DNA from: Sphagnum compactum
Lineage: Eukaryota
NCBI GenBank assembly: GCA_965153455.1
Contig: OZ234494.1
Coordinates: 10,044,001 to 10,108,000, forward strand
Reading direction: 5' to 3'
Length of the DNA stretch: 64,000 nt
A program made the position numbers and the translations under genes. The notes under the pieces were generated by a model. The model had not been told where the DNA came from. It saw only the letters and a list, made by a program, of their open reading frames with translations, and did not search any database. Every line of letters begins with the position of its first letter. Position 1 is the stretch's first letter. Positions 40,342-54,143 of this stretch are shown here, in pieces.

Positions 40342-42580
40342 GTATCATTCAAGACTTTCTACTGACCGTGGATATGCGCCATCATGGAAATCATAAATCT
40401 GAAGACTGTTTCTTGAGACTTTAGGACCATGATGCACATAATTCCTTCCACAATTTTTTGGGGAATTTGTGATTGATTGATCGCACATTTTCGAGGAGTG
40501 TCAGGAGCTGAAACTCAGAGCTCTGGCAAATGGGTTTAGGGTTTTGGGGTTTAGGGCGCCTGGGCGCCTGGGCAAATGGGTGCTGCATTCACAGCTAAGA
40601 AATCATTTGATTGAGGCACATCCTGAACGACAGCCCTAACTCTGCACATGTGCAGTGCACCCTAGTGTACCACACACCAGCTGACTTCACAGGACCAATT
40701 GATTCAGAGCTTGTGCAATGGGACTGCACTCATCATGGGATCACTTCCCTTGCTCAACCAGTTTAGACGGCACAATCTAAAGCCATGTGCTCTTCATTTC
40801 TCTCAAAGTTTTGAGCGACCCATTTCCCATTTTGACCAAGTGGAGTCAAGAATCCATCAGAATTGGAGCACCTGAGAGCTGAACCATGTTCACAATTGCT
40901 AGCTCTAAAATGTGCAATCTATCAGTCATGTCTTCTTACTGCTCAGGTTGTGTCCTCCTTGCAGCACATGGAATTACGGTAGATGAGTAGTTCTATCTGC
41001 ACACTTCCTGTTGTTGCAGAGTCTTGAGTGGAGTTATACTCTAGTGTGAAATGACTAAGATGCAAACTTCTCAAAAACTAACAAAAGAACAATGGCCAAT
41101 CAACTCCTGAAGTCTGTAAGAGACCAACTAGCTTGTGATTCACTGATGAGTGAGTTCCACTTAGAGCTTCTGAGAGACCCCAATAGGGTCACATCTTTAT
41201 CTCTCTCATCTAGCATGTTCTTCTTTAAGCTTCTGAGAGACCCAAATAGGGTCATATCTTTGTGTCTCCCTCATCAAGCACGTTCTGCTTAAAGCATGTA
41301 AGGGTCCCATCTTTGTGTCTATCTTATCTCATGGGTATATATTTTGTCTCTGAAAAGGTCGTAAGAGACATGAAGTGTGTCCCACTTAGCCAGCCAAGTG
41401 ACATGTCTTTACCAATGCAGGCTGGTTTTTGGAATTTGTTCATGGGACCCAAAAACCAGCCTGCTTCTTAAGGGCTATGACCTCTTTTCAAGACAATCAT
41501 GGATTATGGAGTGTGCCAGGTACAGACCATTCTGCCCAGTGAGGTGGCTGTGAGGAATTATTGCAAAGCTGGTAGAGTGAGCCCAAATTTTCGAATCTGC
41601 AGTGAAATAGACAAAATGGTCTGTACCAGGCACCCTCCATTGCCGCATGGTTTTCATGGATTTATATTATGTTCATGTGGATTTACACAATGGTTGTGTG
41701 GCCCAAGTTAGGTCAGGTACACCCGAGAAGACGCACCATTGTGCAGTGTAACTGGATCAAAACGAGGCAGAAAGGCCACATGAAAACCACTTCATTTCTT
41801 GTCAAGTTGTACTTGTATACATTTCAGGACCAACGGAAGTCCCTCAAGTCCTGATAACTTAACTTAGTACAGATGCTTGGGAACTATCAGGACAATAAAG
41901 TTATCCGTAAAGTCAGCCAAAGACGGCACCGGAACCCCCTGTTTGGTCACATAAGGGACGATATTTCAAAAAACAGGAAAAAAAAGTACACTGGGCTTCA
42001 AGGGGGCATGAAACTAGTTTAGCAGCAAATTTGGTGCTAAACTGAGTTTGCCCTGTCCTTTCTTTTCCTGAACGCTTGCAACCAATCACTGTTGCTGCTC
42101 TGTGTACTGTAGCTACAAATGTTCTCGAGCCTGGTGCATTTAATCCTGAGACTTAGTATTTCATACCCTTATTTAATAAAATTTTATGACTTTTCGGACA
42201 ACAGCCAGGAGGGATGAAGCATCAAATGAGGGGTCCAACTCAGGCCCAACAGGGCATGACTTTACGGATAACTCTAATGTACTAGGACTTAGCACTCAAG
42301 CCAGGAAAGAACTTCTGAACACTTCCCTGGCAAACACCCTCCCCTTCCCCCAGTGCCCCCCCCTTCCACCCCATCCCTTTGGGTGGGACCTTTTGCTTTG
42401 ACTGATTGGGTCTTTTGTCAAATAGTCTATCCCTACCTAAGCCCATCACTGAAAGTGGGAACCGCATGTGTTTGCAAAGTCTACTTTTAGTCTCTTTTAC
42501 TGTTGTGAAAACAGCTAGAGTCAATTTCCTAAAGGATTCATGTAATCCATGCCAAGTTCATTATTTTAAAAATAAGCAGA

Positions 42581-42785
42581 GGGGCTGATGGCTCACTGGT
42601 ATCGCCCATTCTGGGACCCTGGGACCTCAAAAAGGTCCTGGATTTCAAACCCAGTGGTGTGCAGGTGAAACTTCTGCTGGCCCTCTGTCAATGAGCTTGA
42701 CTTGGGGGTGCCAAGTGGCCAATGGCTTGTGAGGTTAGCTCAGGTTGGCTGTTGATATCCAGAGAGGAACCCAAAGTACAAAAAG
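42581..42785 (+). mobile_element. tRNA-derived SINE, copy 2
   Basis: A-box-like TGGCTCACTGG (42589-42599) and B-box-like GGATTTCAAACCC (42640-42652). The body GGTGTGCAGGTGAAA...CTTGACTTGG.GGTGCCAA is shared with the reverse complement of 27518-27705. Confidence 0.6.
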
Positions 42786-43243
42786 GAGAGGATATGATGG
42801 AAATCCTAAATCAAATTAATTCTTTTGTATTCCTTTTTATATATGGTTTTTCCAAGGTTAACATGATTACCATAATACCTGGCCATTTTGACACTAATTA
42901 TATTATTTTCAGAAATGTAGAAAATTTCAAAAAATAATCAGAAATACTTTATCTGAAGGAAAATGAAGAATGTGATGGAATATTTGGATATATGTCATTT
43001 GTCAAAATGGAATCCTCAAAATTTAATTAATTATTCAACAAACATGTGTTGATGTGGCCAAGGTACTAGGGTGAAAGGATTGGGTAGGCAAAGCACCTCA
43101 GGCTTTTGATATCACTACCACAAATCTAGGGCTAATGGAGGAGGTTCTCATTATCTTAGATATTCATGTCCTGGTTGAATGTTGAAAAAAGGAAACCTGG
43201 GGAGTACACAATTCAATCAAGGACCCACATTGGAAACAAGGGG

Positions 43244-43467
43244 TGTGTCACACTGTGGCCTTGCCATTTACATTAAAAACTATCTGAAGGCGAAAGAAGA
43301 ATTATGAAAAATATTTCACCATGCAAAAATCTAATCTTCAAAAAATCCTCTAAAATAAACCAAAAATCCTTCAAGATATTATAACTCTATAACTAATCTC
43401 AAGTTTCAACACACGCCAAAACATCATCTTTCAAAAATCCTAATATAAAAGTAGACCTATCATTACC
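43244..43467 (+). repeat. Dispersed direct repeat copy 2 (paralogue 39232-39480)
   Basis: Same blocks and orientation as copy 1, about 4 kb downstream. Confidence 0.8.
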
Positions 43468-45159
43468 TAGGGGCCAAAATCCATTAAGCTACTATACTCC
43501 ATAATGAATCTAAACACAATAACCAAGGCAAGGCCAGTAAAAGCTGAAGGACACAGAGAAACCATTGTAGAGTAGACCCCGTGCACCTTGCTTGCTTTTT
43601 TAGTGGAAAAGTGCTCTTCAGGTCCATAACTTTCGACCTTTGGGTTGATGAGGTGCATGGAATGACGATGTGCAATCTGTGGTTATCTGAGAAAGGGAAT
43701 GAAGTCGGCTTTATTTTTCATTAGACTTATAGACAAAAGAAGAAGAGAAAATACCCGACCTGTGTTTCACAGGCTCAAGCCTACTGGTAGTAACTGAAGC
43801 TGGAGCAGCCTTGGCCTTCCACTAGCTATGTCAAGCTTGAATGCTTCATGCCAGAGTGAACCAACGGCTACCAGTGCATGATGCATTGGAAGCCTCTTAT
43901 GACTTGGTTGTGAATGAACACCAAGTGAGTTGATGTCGGGTTTCACCTTGGCAGCATAAACTAACTTATGTTACCTTAGGATAGGTCCTGTAATATGTAG
44001 GTGTGTAGCTAGAATAATAGGTGGCTGTGGAGCAAATAGCCACACCAAGATTGTTGGTACCCTGTTGGTTGAATATCAACTTTTGAACATACTAGCGTGT
44101 ACTAGTATTGAGTTTTTAAAATTTTCATATCCGCATAGCACCGGCATGGAATCTGTTGTTTTAAATTTTCATACTAGGCAAGTACTGGTGTTGAATCTTT
44201 TTTTAAAAATTCATACCATGTAAAGTATTGGTATGAGGCAGTTATTGCCTGAGTCCTTACGAAGCAGGTCAGTCCTTTGATACCAGCACCGTCAGTCTAC
44301 ATATCAGGGATTGCCCCCAAACTGGTTAGTCCATAAGTGAGGGCTAATGGGTTGTCAATAAGTAATAAAAATAGAAAGGGAGCTAACTTCCCAAGTAATT
44401 TGTGGAACTGAATAAAAAAGTGTTTCCTATCCATGCAGGGTACATCCCTTATGGTGCACACATTGCTGATGGTCTACTCCAATCACATGTTTCATTAGCT
44501 CATGGTGCACACATCGCTGACAGTCTACTCCAATTGCATCCTTCACTAGCTATGAGACTTAGGATCACCGGGACTGGCAAACAACATTAGGAATGCAATT
44601 CATGAAATCTAACCTCATTTTGCATTTGTGTTTGCAAGTACTTTTCAGAGGATTAACATCTTCCTAGTCTCCAGTGCAGCTCACAAATCTTCCAAGTGTG
44701 TCCAGGTCAAATTATGTCTGCTTTGTTAGGTTGAGAAAGGGCCTGTCCCAGGGGAGTTGTGTTGTTTGGAGGGCAACTACCCTTGTTCCCATGAACTCAA
44801 ACAACATAATCCCCTCAGGAGTCTGGAATCTGAAACCTTCAGTTTCCCCTAGAAAGTCAGGGCTGGTCAATTCGGCTCTTGTTCAGACTCTTTAATGCTC
44901 CATAATCAGCCTGCCTCGCCAATACTATGCCAGGGGATTCTGCAGCCTTCCCCTCCCAGGTCTCCAGCGTTCCTACAGGGTTCCCTCCTTTAATGCCAAA
45001 GAGCAGGCTATGGATGGAGTATTCTGCCATGTCCGCAGACCACAGGCTCGCATGCTTACCTTGCAGAATTTGTCAGACTCTCCCATTGACAGCCCACTCT
45101 TTAACGCATAAGAACCTGACCCAAGTTTTCCTTTGTATTTGCAGGTACTTTTACAAAGC

Positions 45160-46170
45160 ATGATATTTTATGGAATACTTTTTGCTAATTGCATGGTGTC
45201 AAATTTATTTGTGTAAGTTTTTAGAATTTCACGGTAGTAATTTTCATGGTTACAACTTTCATCGTATGTTTTTTTTAAGGTTACATGTGCAAGTTTTAAG
45301 TTTTTTACAATTACAAGTATCACTTTCTATATCACAAGTGGCATTTTTCATGTTATAAGTTTCATTTTTCATAATGACATGTAACCACAAAATTTGTAAT
45401 TCATGAGTTAGAGGAAGAAGTAGTACCATTTGCACAAGCGTAATCTTATGATTCCTAAGTTTATGGTGTTGAATTTGTTGGTGTAAGTTTTCAAATTGTT
45501 ATGATAGCAATTTTCATGGTACGCTTTTTCGAGGTCACATGTGTAAATTTCAATTTTTCACTAGTATAGGTATCACTTTTGTTATTTAAGGTGTCATTTT
45601 TCATGATTATAGATTTTGTTTTTCATAGGGACATGTTGTCGTAAAATTCGTAACTCATGAGTCATAGGAGGGAATAGTACCATTTGCACAAGCATAACCT
45701 TATGGTTCTTCAATTCATTGTGTCAAATTTGTTAATGTAAGTTTTTGGAATTTCTTAGTAGGAGTTTTCTTGGGTATAGTTTTCATATGGTTACAAGTTT
45801 TGTTTTTCATGGTAGTATGTGAAATGTTTCTAGGTGACATGTTAGCATGAAATTTGTAACCCACAAGGCAAATGATAACTGATATCATTTGCACAAGCAT
45901 AATATTATGGTTATTCAATTCATCTTCAATTTATTGATATAAGTTTTCAAACTTTCATGGGAAGAATTTTCATGGTATGATTTTTTGAAATCACATGTGT
46001 AAGTTTTCAATTTTAGTGGTTAGAAATTTTTTTTCATGTTGTTATAGGTTTCATTTTGCATGGTAAGCAAGTGCAATTTTCAAGGTGAGATATTCTTACA
46101 AAATTTTTAACCCATAAGGCAAACGAAGGAACATTACCATTTGCACAAGCATAATTTTATTGTTGAATGT
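45160..46170. repeat. Degenerate tandem array, ~205-255 bp unit, at least 4 copies
   Basis: The anchor CATTTGCACAAGC recurs at ~45428, 45681, 45886 and 46138, with TTTTCATGGT sub-repeats. A further partial unit lies at ~46560-46770. Confidence 0.75.
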
Positions 46171-46789
46171 CTATAATTTAGAGTCTCTCGGTAGTTGTGA
46201 TCCAGGCAAGTTTTCCCTACCTTTAAATTTTTTTTAGGGCAGCCATATGGGGCTGCCTATAGCTGCCCAAAAAAAAATCGGTAGCCCCTATGAAATGGCA
46301 AATGTTTTGCTTAACCAAAATTTCTCTACTTGAACTAGAAAAAAAAACCTTCATCCTTTGTAGTGTTTTTGCATTTTTGGAAACATAGGTGCTCGGAATT
46401 GAATTCCATTTTTTTGGTCTACTTTTTGGAATTAGAAATTTTATCGTCATATTAGAAAATTTGCTACAACACAATACAAAAGAATCCTATTTTAAGCTTT
46501 AAAAATTTAGGAGGGAAATTATGGAAGAAACAAATTTTTGGAAAATCTTCATTTTCCTTCTTCCACAATTTAAATTTACACAAGAGTCAAATTTAAAATT
46601 GTACAAATTTATCATGGTTACAAGTTCCATTTTTCATCATTACATAACCCATTTTTCATGGTAATAGATCTTGTTTTTCATGGTAGGATGTGTAAATTCT
46701 TCATGACAATTTTACCATAAGATTTACAATTCACAAATCAAAAAAGGAAATATTACCATGTACTAAACATGAGATGGATAATTTTGACT

Positions 46790-47022
46790 TGCCTTTCTTT
46801 CGACCATAACTTGTGCTGCAGATGTCCGAATGGCTCATGCGAAACCATTTTCGACATCTACACTTCCAGACCTTTCCAACGGTATAAAGAACACATCAAT
46901 GGGAGGTGTTTTGACCCCTGCAATCAAGCTCTAAATTTTCGGGAGTCTCGGAGGACTCCAAGTTCACACTTTTGGGAGTGTGAGTTTCATCCCCACACTT
47001 GCCTCAAAGTGAGGTTGCGACA
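46790..47022 (+). mobile_element. 3' fragment of an LTR-like or TIR repeat ending ...GAGGTTGCGACA
   Basis: Abrupt GC-richer block in an AT-rich context, ending in a CA terminus (reverse complement TGTCGCAACC), as expected for a TG..CA element end. The matching 5' end is absent. Confidence 0.45.
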
Positions 47023-49714
47023 CTTTCCCCCACTAAAAGAAAAGGTCAATGTCCATTTAGCAATTTTGGTGGCCATTCGACATGGCTTTTGGTTCATTTG
47101 ACTTTGAATCACACCTATCCTAAACTTCTTGCATCTAGTATGAATGCACTACTAGAAATCTTATATTATGTAACCATTTAATTTGTGACTACATGTGACT
47201 ATTTGTCATTTGCAAGTATATTCTATTGTTTTTGTAATTACATGCCATACTTTTAAATTTTTTATTATTTTTGTGATTATGGTGCAATTATTAAATTGCA
47301 CATCCTTCCATATTGACTAACCTTTTAGATTTTTCATTCTAGAATTGGCCCTTTGGTTTTTTTAATTGCAAATTTAGTTACGATTTGGTTATTTTTTATG
47401 GTGTATTTATGCATTTAATGTAAATTAAGGTATTATAAACTATATTAAGAATATATTTAATTTGTATTCAATGTATATTTAACATATTTAAATATATTTA
47501 ACTCATATTCAAGGTATATTAAACATATATTTGTTCATATTATGGGCATATTAAATTTTTTGAAATTCATTTAATTATATTTGGTTTATTTAATAATATA
47601 ACATTTTTTAAAAGTATGATTAAATTATAATGGCAAGGTCATATTAATATGATGTAATCGTCGTATTAAACAAACATTAATTATTGATGAGTTATAACCA
47701 TTAATTAATTGAATTAAACATATCTAATTTTTAATAAGGGTATATTAATTATCTGAAGTAGTTAATTAACAAATTGGATGAATTAAATCGATTATTCAAA
47801 TAACTAAAATTTCAAATAACCGAATATTTTGATAATTAAATATCTAAATTAGATTGATTAATTCAAATAGATAATTCAAATAATTATTTTAGATAACTAA
47901 TTCACATATAAATAATCAGATAATTACCTAGTTAGTTGTATAATTTACAAAATTGAAAACAAACACAAAACATGTGGAAAATATACTTTTAGTTGTAACT
48001 CAATTTGCTATTAAGGTGTAATTAAAATATTTGACTCTTATTTTTATTTTTGAATCTTATTTCACAAACTATAATTATAAAGAAGGTGTTTTTCTTGTGT
48101 TCTCACATTAAAATACATGTGGTAATTTGGGATGAATTCAAAAAAGTTCAATCCTAAAAAAAAATAAAATTAAAAATAATAATTATATGGTTATTTTTTA
48201 ACCCACCTACCCTTCTACCTTCCTACCTACTTTCTTCTTTAAGTAGATCTTATTTTTCTACCTAGGTAGGTAAGTAAGTAAATAGGTATGTAGTTTAGGT
48301 AGGTCTAACCTACCTACCTTTGTAAGTATGTAAGTATGTGGCTTAGGTAGGTAGGTATGCCTTAAGTATCCATTTTTATCTACCTATTTAATGTAACCTA
48401 GGAACTTAGGTAGGTAAGTAGGACTTATCATCATACCTACCTAGGCCTATGTATTGACCTATTTAGCTATTTAAAAACATATTTATTTTAGTTTTGTCCC
48501 CAAAATTCAATTGATATGCCACATATCAACTTTCAATTGTGCCACATGTCACAATATAAACCATTGCAAAAATGTATTTAATTGTTTTTGAAAATGCAAA
48601 AATTATGGGCCACATGGCAAAATTTGATTTGACCAAGTGTATCAATATAAAAACATCCATAATGGATGATACATATTTAAAAAATTATTTTTAATTTTCA
48701 TTTTTTGAAAATGCATAAATTATGCCATGTTGTACTATATAATTGGTTATTAGGGAAATTGTACATTTGTGATAACTAGTTGCAAAAAAATTATACAATC
48801 AAAGTATATGGTCAAAACCATATATTCAATCCATGTGCATTGTGTTGATGTCATGTTTGGTCATGATTTGCAATAAAATGTTTAGTGCAATTAAACTTAT
48901 GCAATTAATGGAATATTTAGTTACCAAAGTGATTTGCAATTGGTTTTTGGTCATAAATTGAAGTCACAAATTGGGGTTTTTGTACTAGAGTGAATGACAT
49001 CTTCTTTAATCATTTGTGATGTTTGCTCAAAAAATTCATCTTGGAATTTGATATTTCCATTCCCTACTTCATATCTTCATATTTTGTTTTTATTGTTTGG
49101 CCATTAATTGACCTAACACCACATGCATTTGACCCTAACGGTTGTATTAATGAAACAACAGCCTTTAGGATCAAATCTTCATTGAAATTGTCAAACCAAT
49201 AGACATATTTTTTTAATGTGCTTAATGTTCTCAAATCATTGACTTTTTCAAATCAGTCATTACATTGGTGATAATATTGATGAAAATTCAGGCAATTTTT
49301 CCTTATGCTCAATCCAATTTTTTTCAACTAAATAAGTTGTGATTAGTTAGCTTCATTTTTCACATCAATTGTTATTTTTCTTTTAGATTTGTCAAGGAAT
49401 AAGTTCAACATCCTTCACCATTTTTTGGATGTTTACTTTTGACCTTTGGCATGCCTCTTGGTGATTGGATTGTGATAGCCTGTTCCTTTCCAATCGCCTG
49501 ATATCAAATAAAGACATTTACAATATTCAACACTACAAAATTTGGGTGCAGTTCACTAGTCTTCGTTCACTAGACCAATGAATTCATTACTTCCCCACTA
49601 GTCTCCGTTCACTACAACCAGTGAATTCACTCAAAATCTAGTGAAATCACTTGGCGTACAAGGACACCTTTTGTTGTAGTGATTGTTGACATCAATGTCA
49701 AAAATAAAATCAAT

Positions 49715-49990
49715 TTGAAGAACTCAATAGGGTTATGGAGGGATATGGGATACCTACAAGATTTAACTTCCAAATTTTGTTGTTGTTAGCTACCATCTAA
49801 TGTTTTCTTGAAGTATTCGATGGGGCAATGAAGGATACTTACAACATCAAACTACCAAAAGATTTTGTTGTTAGTTGCGATCTTACACTTTCTTGAGGTA
49901 CTCCATGGGGTGATGGATAAATACCTACAAGATCAAATTGCCCAATGATTTTGTTGTCAATTGCCATCTCATGTTTTCTTTGAAGCACTT
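49715..49990. repeat. Degenerate tandem repeat, ~86 bp x 3
   Basis: The ATAC(C/T)TACAA anchor occurs at ~49750, 49835 and 49921, each followed by ATTTTGTTGT and TTTCTTGA. Confidence 0.7.
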
Positions 49991-50689
49991 TCACAATTCA
50001 CACCAACCTAGGTTTGCCCATAAGTTGTTGAAAACATTTGATTCTTCTTGGTGGGAATAGTAGTGTTATGAGGACAATGTGTGTAAAAGAATATCCTTAA
50101 CATCACCTCATAAAACTTCACCTTAGATAACAACACCTATGGCCACACACTTATTTGGATTGATTACCTTGTTTGGAGCCTTGTTAAAAATAGTTTGCAT
50201 GACCTCCTTGACTTTAGGCATGCAAGTAATGCCTTCTACTAACTACAAATGCTCCCTCATATTAACAATGTGGTGGTAGATTTGAACTTTATAGTAGTAT
50301 GCAACCCTTGAAAATTCCATTTTGGCCTTATGGTTTAGTGTTTGGCAATGCATGTATGTCATCCAAGCATTGAAAAGCTTGCAACTCTTGGAAATTCTTT
50401 TTAGGCCTTGGGTTTAATAATTGGTAATTTTTATGTGATCCATGTTCTTGGAAAACTATGTGATTCTTGGAAATTGCTTTTAGGCCTTAAGGTTTAAAGT
50501 GTTTGGCAATTTAGGTATCTCATCCAAGCTCTTGAAGAGTCTATAGCTCTTGAAAATCCTCTTGGAAGTCCGTGGTCGATTTTTTTTGGTAGGGGTGATT
50601 TTAGCATCCATGAACTTAAATGGCTAGGCTTGGATCCATATTTGCCCTATGCATCAGTCCCTTTTTTATTTAACTTGTTATTTTTTATT

Positions 50690-52360
50690 GATTGTAGGCT
50701 AGGTTTGTGGGTTGTGTTTTGTTGTTCCAAGATTCATTGACTTATTGGAATGCAATTGCATTGTGTTATAGTCAACAATTGGTGACATTCTAGAGTTGTG
50801 TTCTGTTTCGAAGAACTTGGGTTAATTGTGAAGCGATGGTGAAAATATTGTCACCGATGTGATTGGTGTTGCCTTGAATCAAAGCCTTAGACATTGATTG
50901 CTTGGGGAGGTGTTGCACTTTGTCATCACCAAGATGCATGAGATGCATGATGAAGTTATTAATGTGGTTGTCTGTGACAACATGGGTGATCTAGAGGCAA
51001 ATTTGTTTGATGTAGTGCTAGAAGAACTCATGGTTTGCATGAAATGTCAAGTGTTGAAAGTTCTTCAAAATTTTGTTTTTTTTTTTGCATGGGTTTGATA
51101 AGAAAAGGGCTCACAATATGTTGGCTTCGATGCTGGATTTGAAGTTCAAAAACATGCAAATGGTGGAGGAAAAAATGGTAAAGTAGACAATTGGTGATCC
51201 TTGTCACAAAAAATGACCAATAGACATAAGTAGGCTTTTATGTATTGAAAGTAGAAATATTATTTTATTCATTGATCAATATAAAAATATTATTTTTACT
51301 TTATTATAATAAAGTTCAAGAATCACCATTTTGATATGCATCTAAATAGATTTCAAAAAAATGAATCTACTTGCATAGATGTTTGGGTTTTACAAAATTG
51401 GTTACAAGTAGATGAAAGTAAATCAAATATTGAATTTTCTACTTTCAAATTAATAGAGACTTCGAATATACTTATGGCTCTCAAATTGTACATATTATAG
51501 TCATAATATATCAAAAAATTTATGTAAAATTTATTTTGAATACCATATTGATTAGTCAGTTTCAAAGCTACTTGTTATCTACTTTTATAATATAAAAATT
51601 ATTGAAATTTTATAGTCAACTTATCACAAACCCAATGGAGGTCATGGTGGTTTTATATTTTTATTTACAAAGGTTTTTCATCAACTTTTTTATAAGTATG
51701 TAAAAAACTACTCCAATTATAAATTGGATTTCAGGCATATTATTTTTTTGGTCTACTTTACCATGCTTTTGCCCAGTGAACAATTATTTAGGTCATGAAA
51801 AAAATCCTCATTGGTTGTTCAATAAAATGTTGGTTTGTTGTTGCTTTTGTTAATTCAGAGTTACAAGGTGTTGATGCCTTTTGTGTAAAATGAAAAGGTT
51901 TAGGTGCAAAGTTTAAACTTTGAATGTGAGGATTTGTTTCAACCATAGAAACTAGTACAAAAGTTGTGAGCCAACTTATGGCATGGGAGCTTGATGCATT
52001 TCATCACAATCATGTTGGTGTAGACAATTGTAAGTGTGCATTGTCTTGGTGGTGCACAAAGAAGCACAAGTTTCCAACAATGGCTTTGTTAGCTTGACAA
52101 ATTCTTGGGATTCCAATGAACCAAATCAAGATAGAGGATTCTTTCAATTGTTGGAGTTCTCAATGCATTTTGGTGGTGTCAATTGCAAATTGATCACCAT
52201 TGCTAGATGGCTTTTGTCAACAAAAATTGGCCCAACTATCCAAGGGTTGAATGTTCTAAGCCTTCCAACCTTGCAAGTGCATGAGCAAAAAAATCAGAGT
52301 TGATGAAAGAGCTTGATACAAAGTTTGAAGATAAGGTTGAGTGGGAAAAGAATTCTTGAA
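50690..52360 (+). mobile_element. Degenerate hAT transposase remnant (C-terminal half), interrupted by an AT-rich insert (~51200-51900)
   Basis: KRAHNMLASMLDLKFK (compare RKAHNMLFLMLDPRFK at ~63470) and a hATC dimerisation remnant LSWWCTKKHKFPTMALLA*QILGIP...FSIVGVL. Preceded by ~80-bp tandem repeats (50290-50570). Confidence 0.65.
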
Positions 52361-54143
52361 TCTTTGTGATTTCAGTTTGTTCCTTTTGTTGCTTTGAGAT
52401 GTTTTGTGTTCTTCATTGGATAAAAATGGGCACAAATCTGAATTTTTTGATCTTGCTTATTTCTAACTTTGTTGTGGATTAGGAAGCTTCATTAAGTTTC
52501 ATGGATTCCATGGTTGATATCTTTCTTGGTTGATTTTTTTTGCATCGTTGATTTGTTCCTTGGCTGATTTTTCCCATGGCTGATTTCAATGAGCTCTCTA
52601 GTGTACAAGTTGTAAGTGCCTTTTGGAATCATTAAAACAAAACTCTGGAATTGCTAAATTCTTTGAAACTGTAAGTTTGTAGTGCTTGCATTGAAGGATA
52701 GTTCAAAAAATCGGGTGTTGGCCAGTTTAATACCTGGGGTAATGTATCCAACTCAAAAAATGCTGGCCTTGGCTGGTTTAATACCTGGGATAATGCTGTC
52801 AGAGGGTTCCTTGAAAACCAACCTCAAGGAGTTGGCTGGTTGTCTCTCAAAATACTACCCCAGAAAACTGGCCGCTGGATGTCCCAAACAACCAGAACTG
52901 GCCAGTTGTTAGAAAAATAAAAACTCTAAGAACCCAGAACCAAGCAGTTCTTTAAAATCCAAAATTTCAAAGGCCCACAACGGGCCTTTTTTGCGACTTT
53001 CATAATTGTCAACTACGCAGAACCAATGGTTTGAAAAATCAAAGAACCGTCCAACACTGGTGTAAACCTGACATAAAACAGAACACGAAAACATGCATTA
53101 AACGTTCAGTTGACCATGAGGTGATAATGGATGCATAGATCACGAGGTGTGCCACACATGTTAAATATGTGGTGACCTCGAGGTGAAGATTGCTGCATAT
53201 CTCACGAGGTGCTCACCCCTCTAGGTATATTGTTGCATACATCATGGGGTGACCACCCCTCTAAGTGTATTGTTTCAATGTAGAGGTAAGGTGGCCTCCT
53301 CTAAGACTAAAAATAAAAGCCAGGGTTCCAGTATGAAAGTTGCCATCCAGTGGAAAGCTTCTTCTAGAGGTCAAGTAGACAAGGTAAACAGTTCCGTCAA
53401 CTCTTTGTGCAAGCACAAGGAAACCCATACTCAGACTTTTGAGTATTTTGCAATACTGGTACACCACATGAACTAAAACACTAAGCAACCAAATTTTCAT
53501 TTCCAGTAACAATCTGACAAAAATCTCAGCCAGAAGCTATGATTTTTGCACATGATGATATGGCACCAAGCAGGAGAAAAATTATATTTCAGTGGAAAAC
53601 ATTGAACTCCATCCTTGTGAGCACTCTCCTGTGGATTCCATGACATGAGATCAATTTTGCATATATTTCTACTGTGTGATGCACATTCAGTTGCAAATCC
53701 AAATCTTGCTCAGTCAACATGTTGGAAAGAACTCAACCCTTAAGGTATTGAGGTTGCATTGCACTCACAAAAGCCCAAACTGTTACAGTAAGACCAAGAT
53801 AGATATCTTAATAAGCTCTGAGAACTCTCCAATGAGACCAAGATAAAATGTTTTCACTCGTAGTTTGAGATACCTGTTTGTAACAGGACCAAAAAGTCAC
53901 TCCCCAACATTACAATGGTGAGGAGACATTTAAAGCTGATGCTTGATGGCCCTTACACTAAACACTGTATCTCCTCTTTGACATTCTAAACAGAAGGCCT
54001 TGGCTCTTTGCAGTCACCACAACATATGCTTGATACATGCATTTGATTTTGTTGCAACATCCTTTTGTAGCAAGCATCCTGGATAGGAGGTAATGCTTTA
54101 TGGAAAAAGGTTTATACAAACATTACACAGGAGGAGGTGGCGC

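Noticed and set aside
40094-40365. Poly-(ER) and poly-(SL) ORFs
   Set aside because: Translation of the (CT)n microsatellite beyond the splice donor at 40260.
39763-40554. TTTAGGG motifs as an interstitial telomere or telomerase RNA template
   Set aside because: Only 2-3 degenerate units near a gene start, and no USE/TATA Pol III context. Better explained as telo-boxes.
45160-50570. Regularly spaced repeats as a CRISPR-like array
   Set aside because: Eukaryotic context, whole units are homologous (no unique spacers), and no cas genes.
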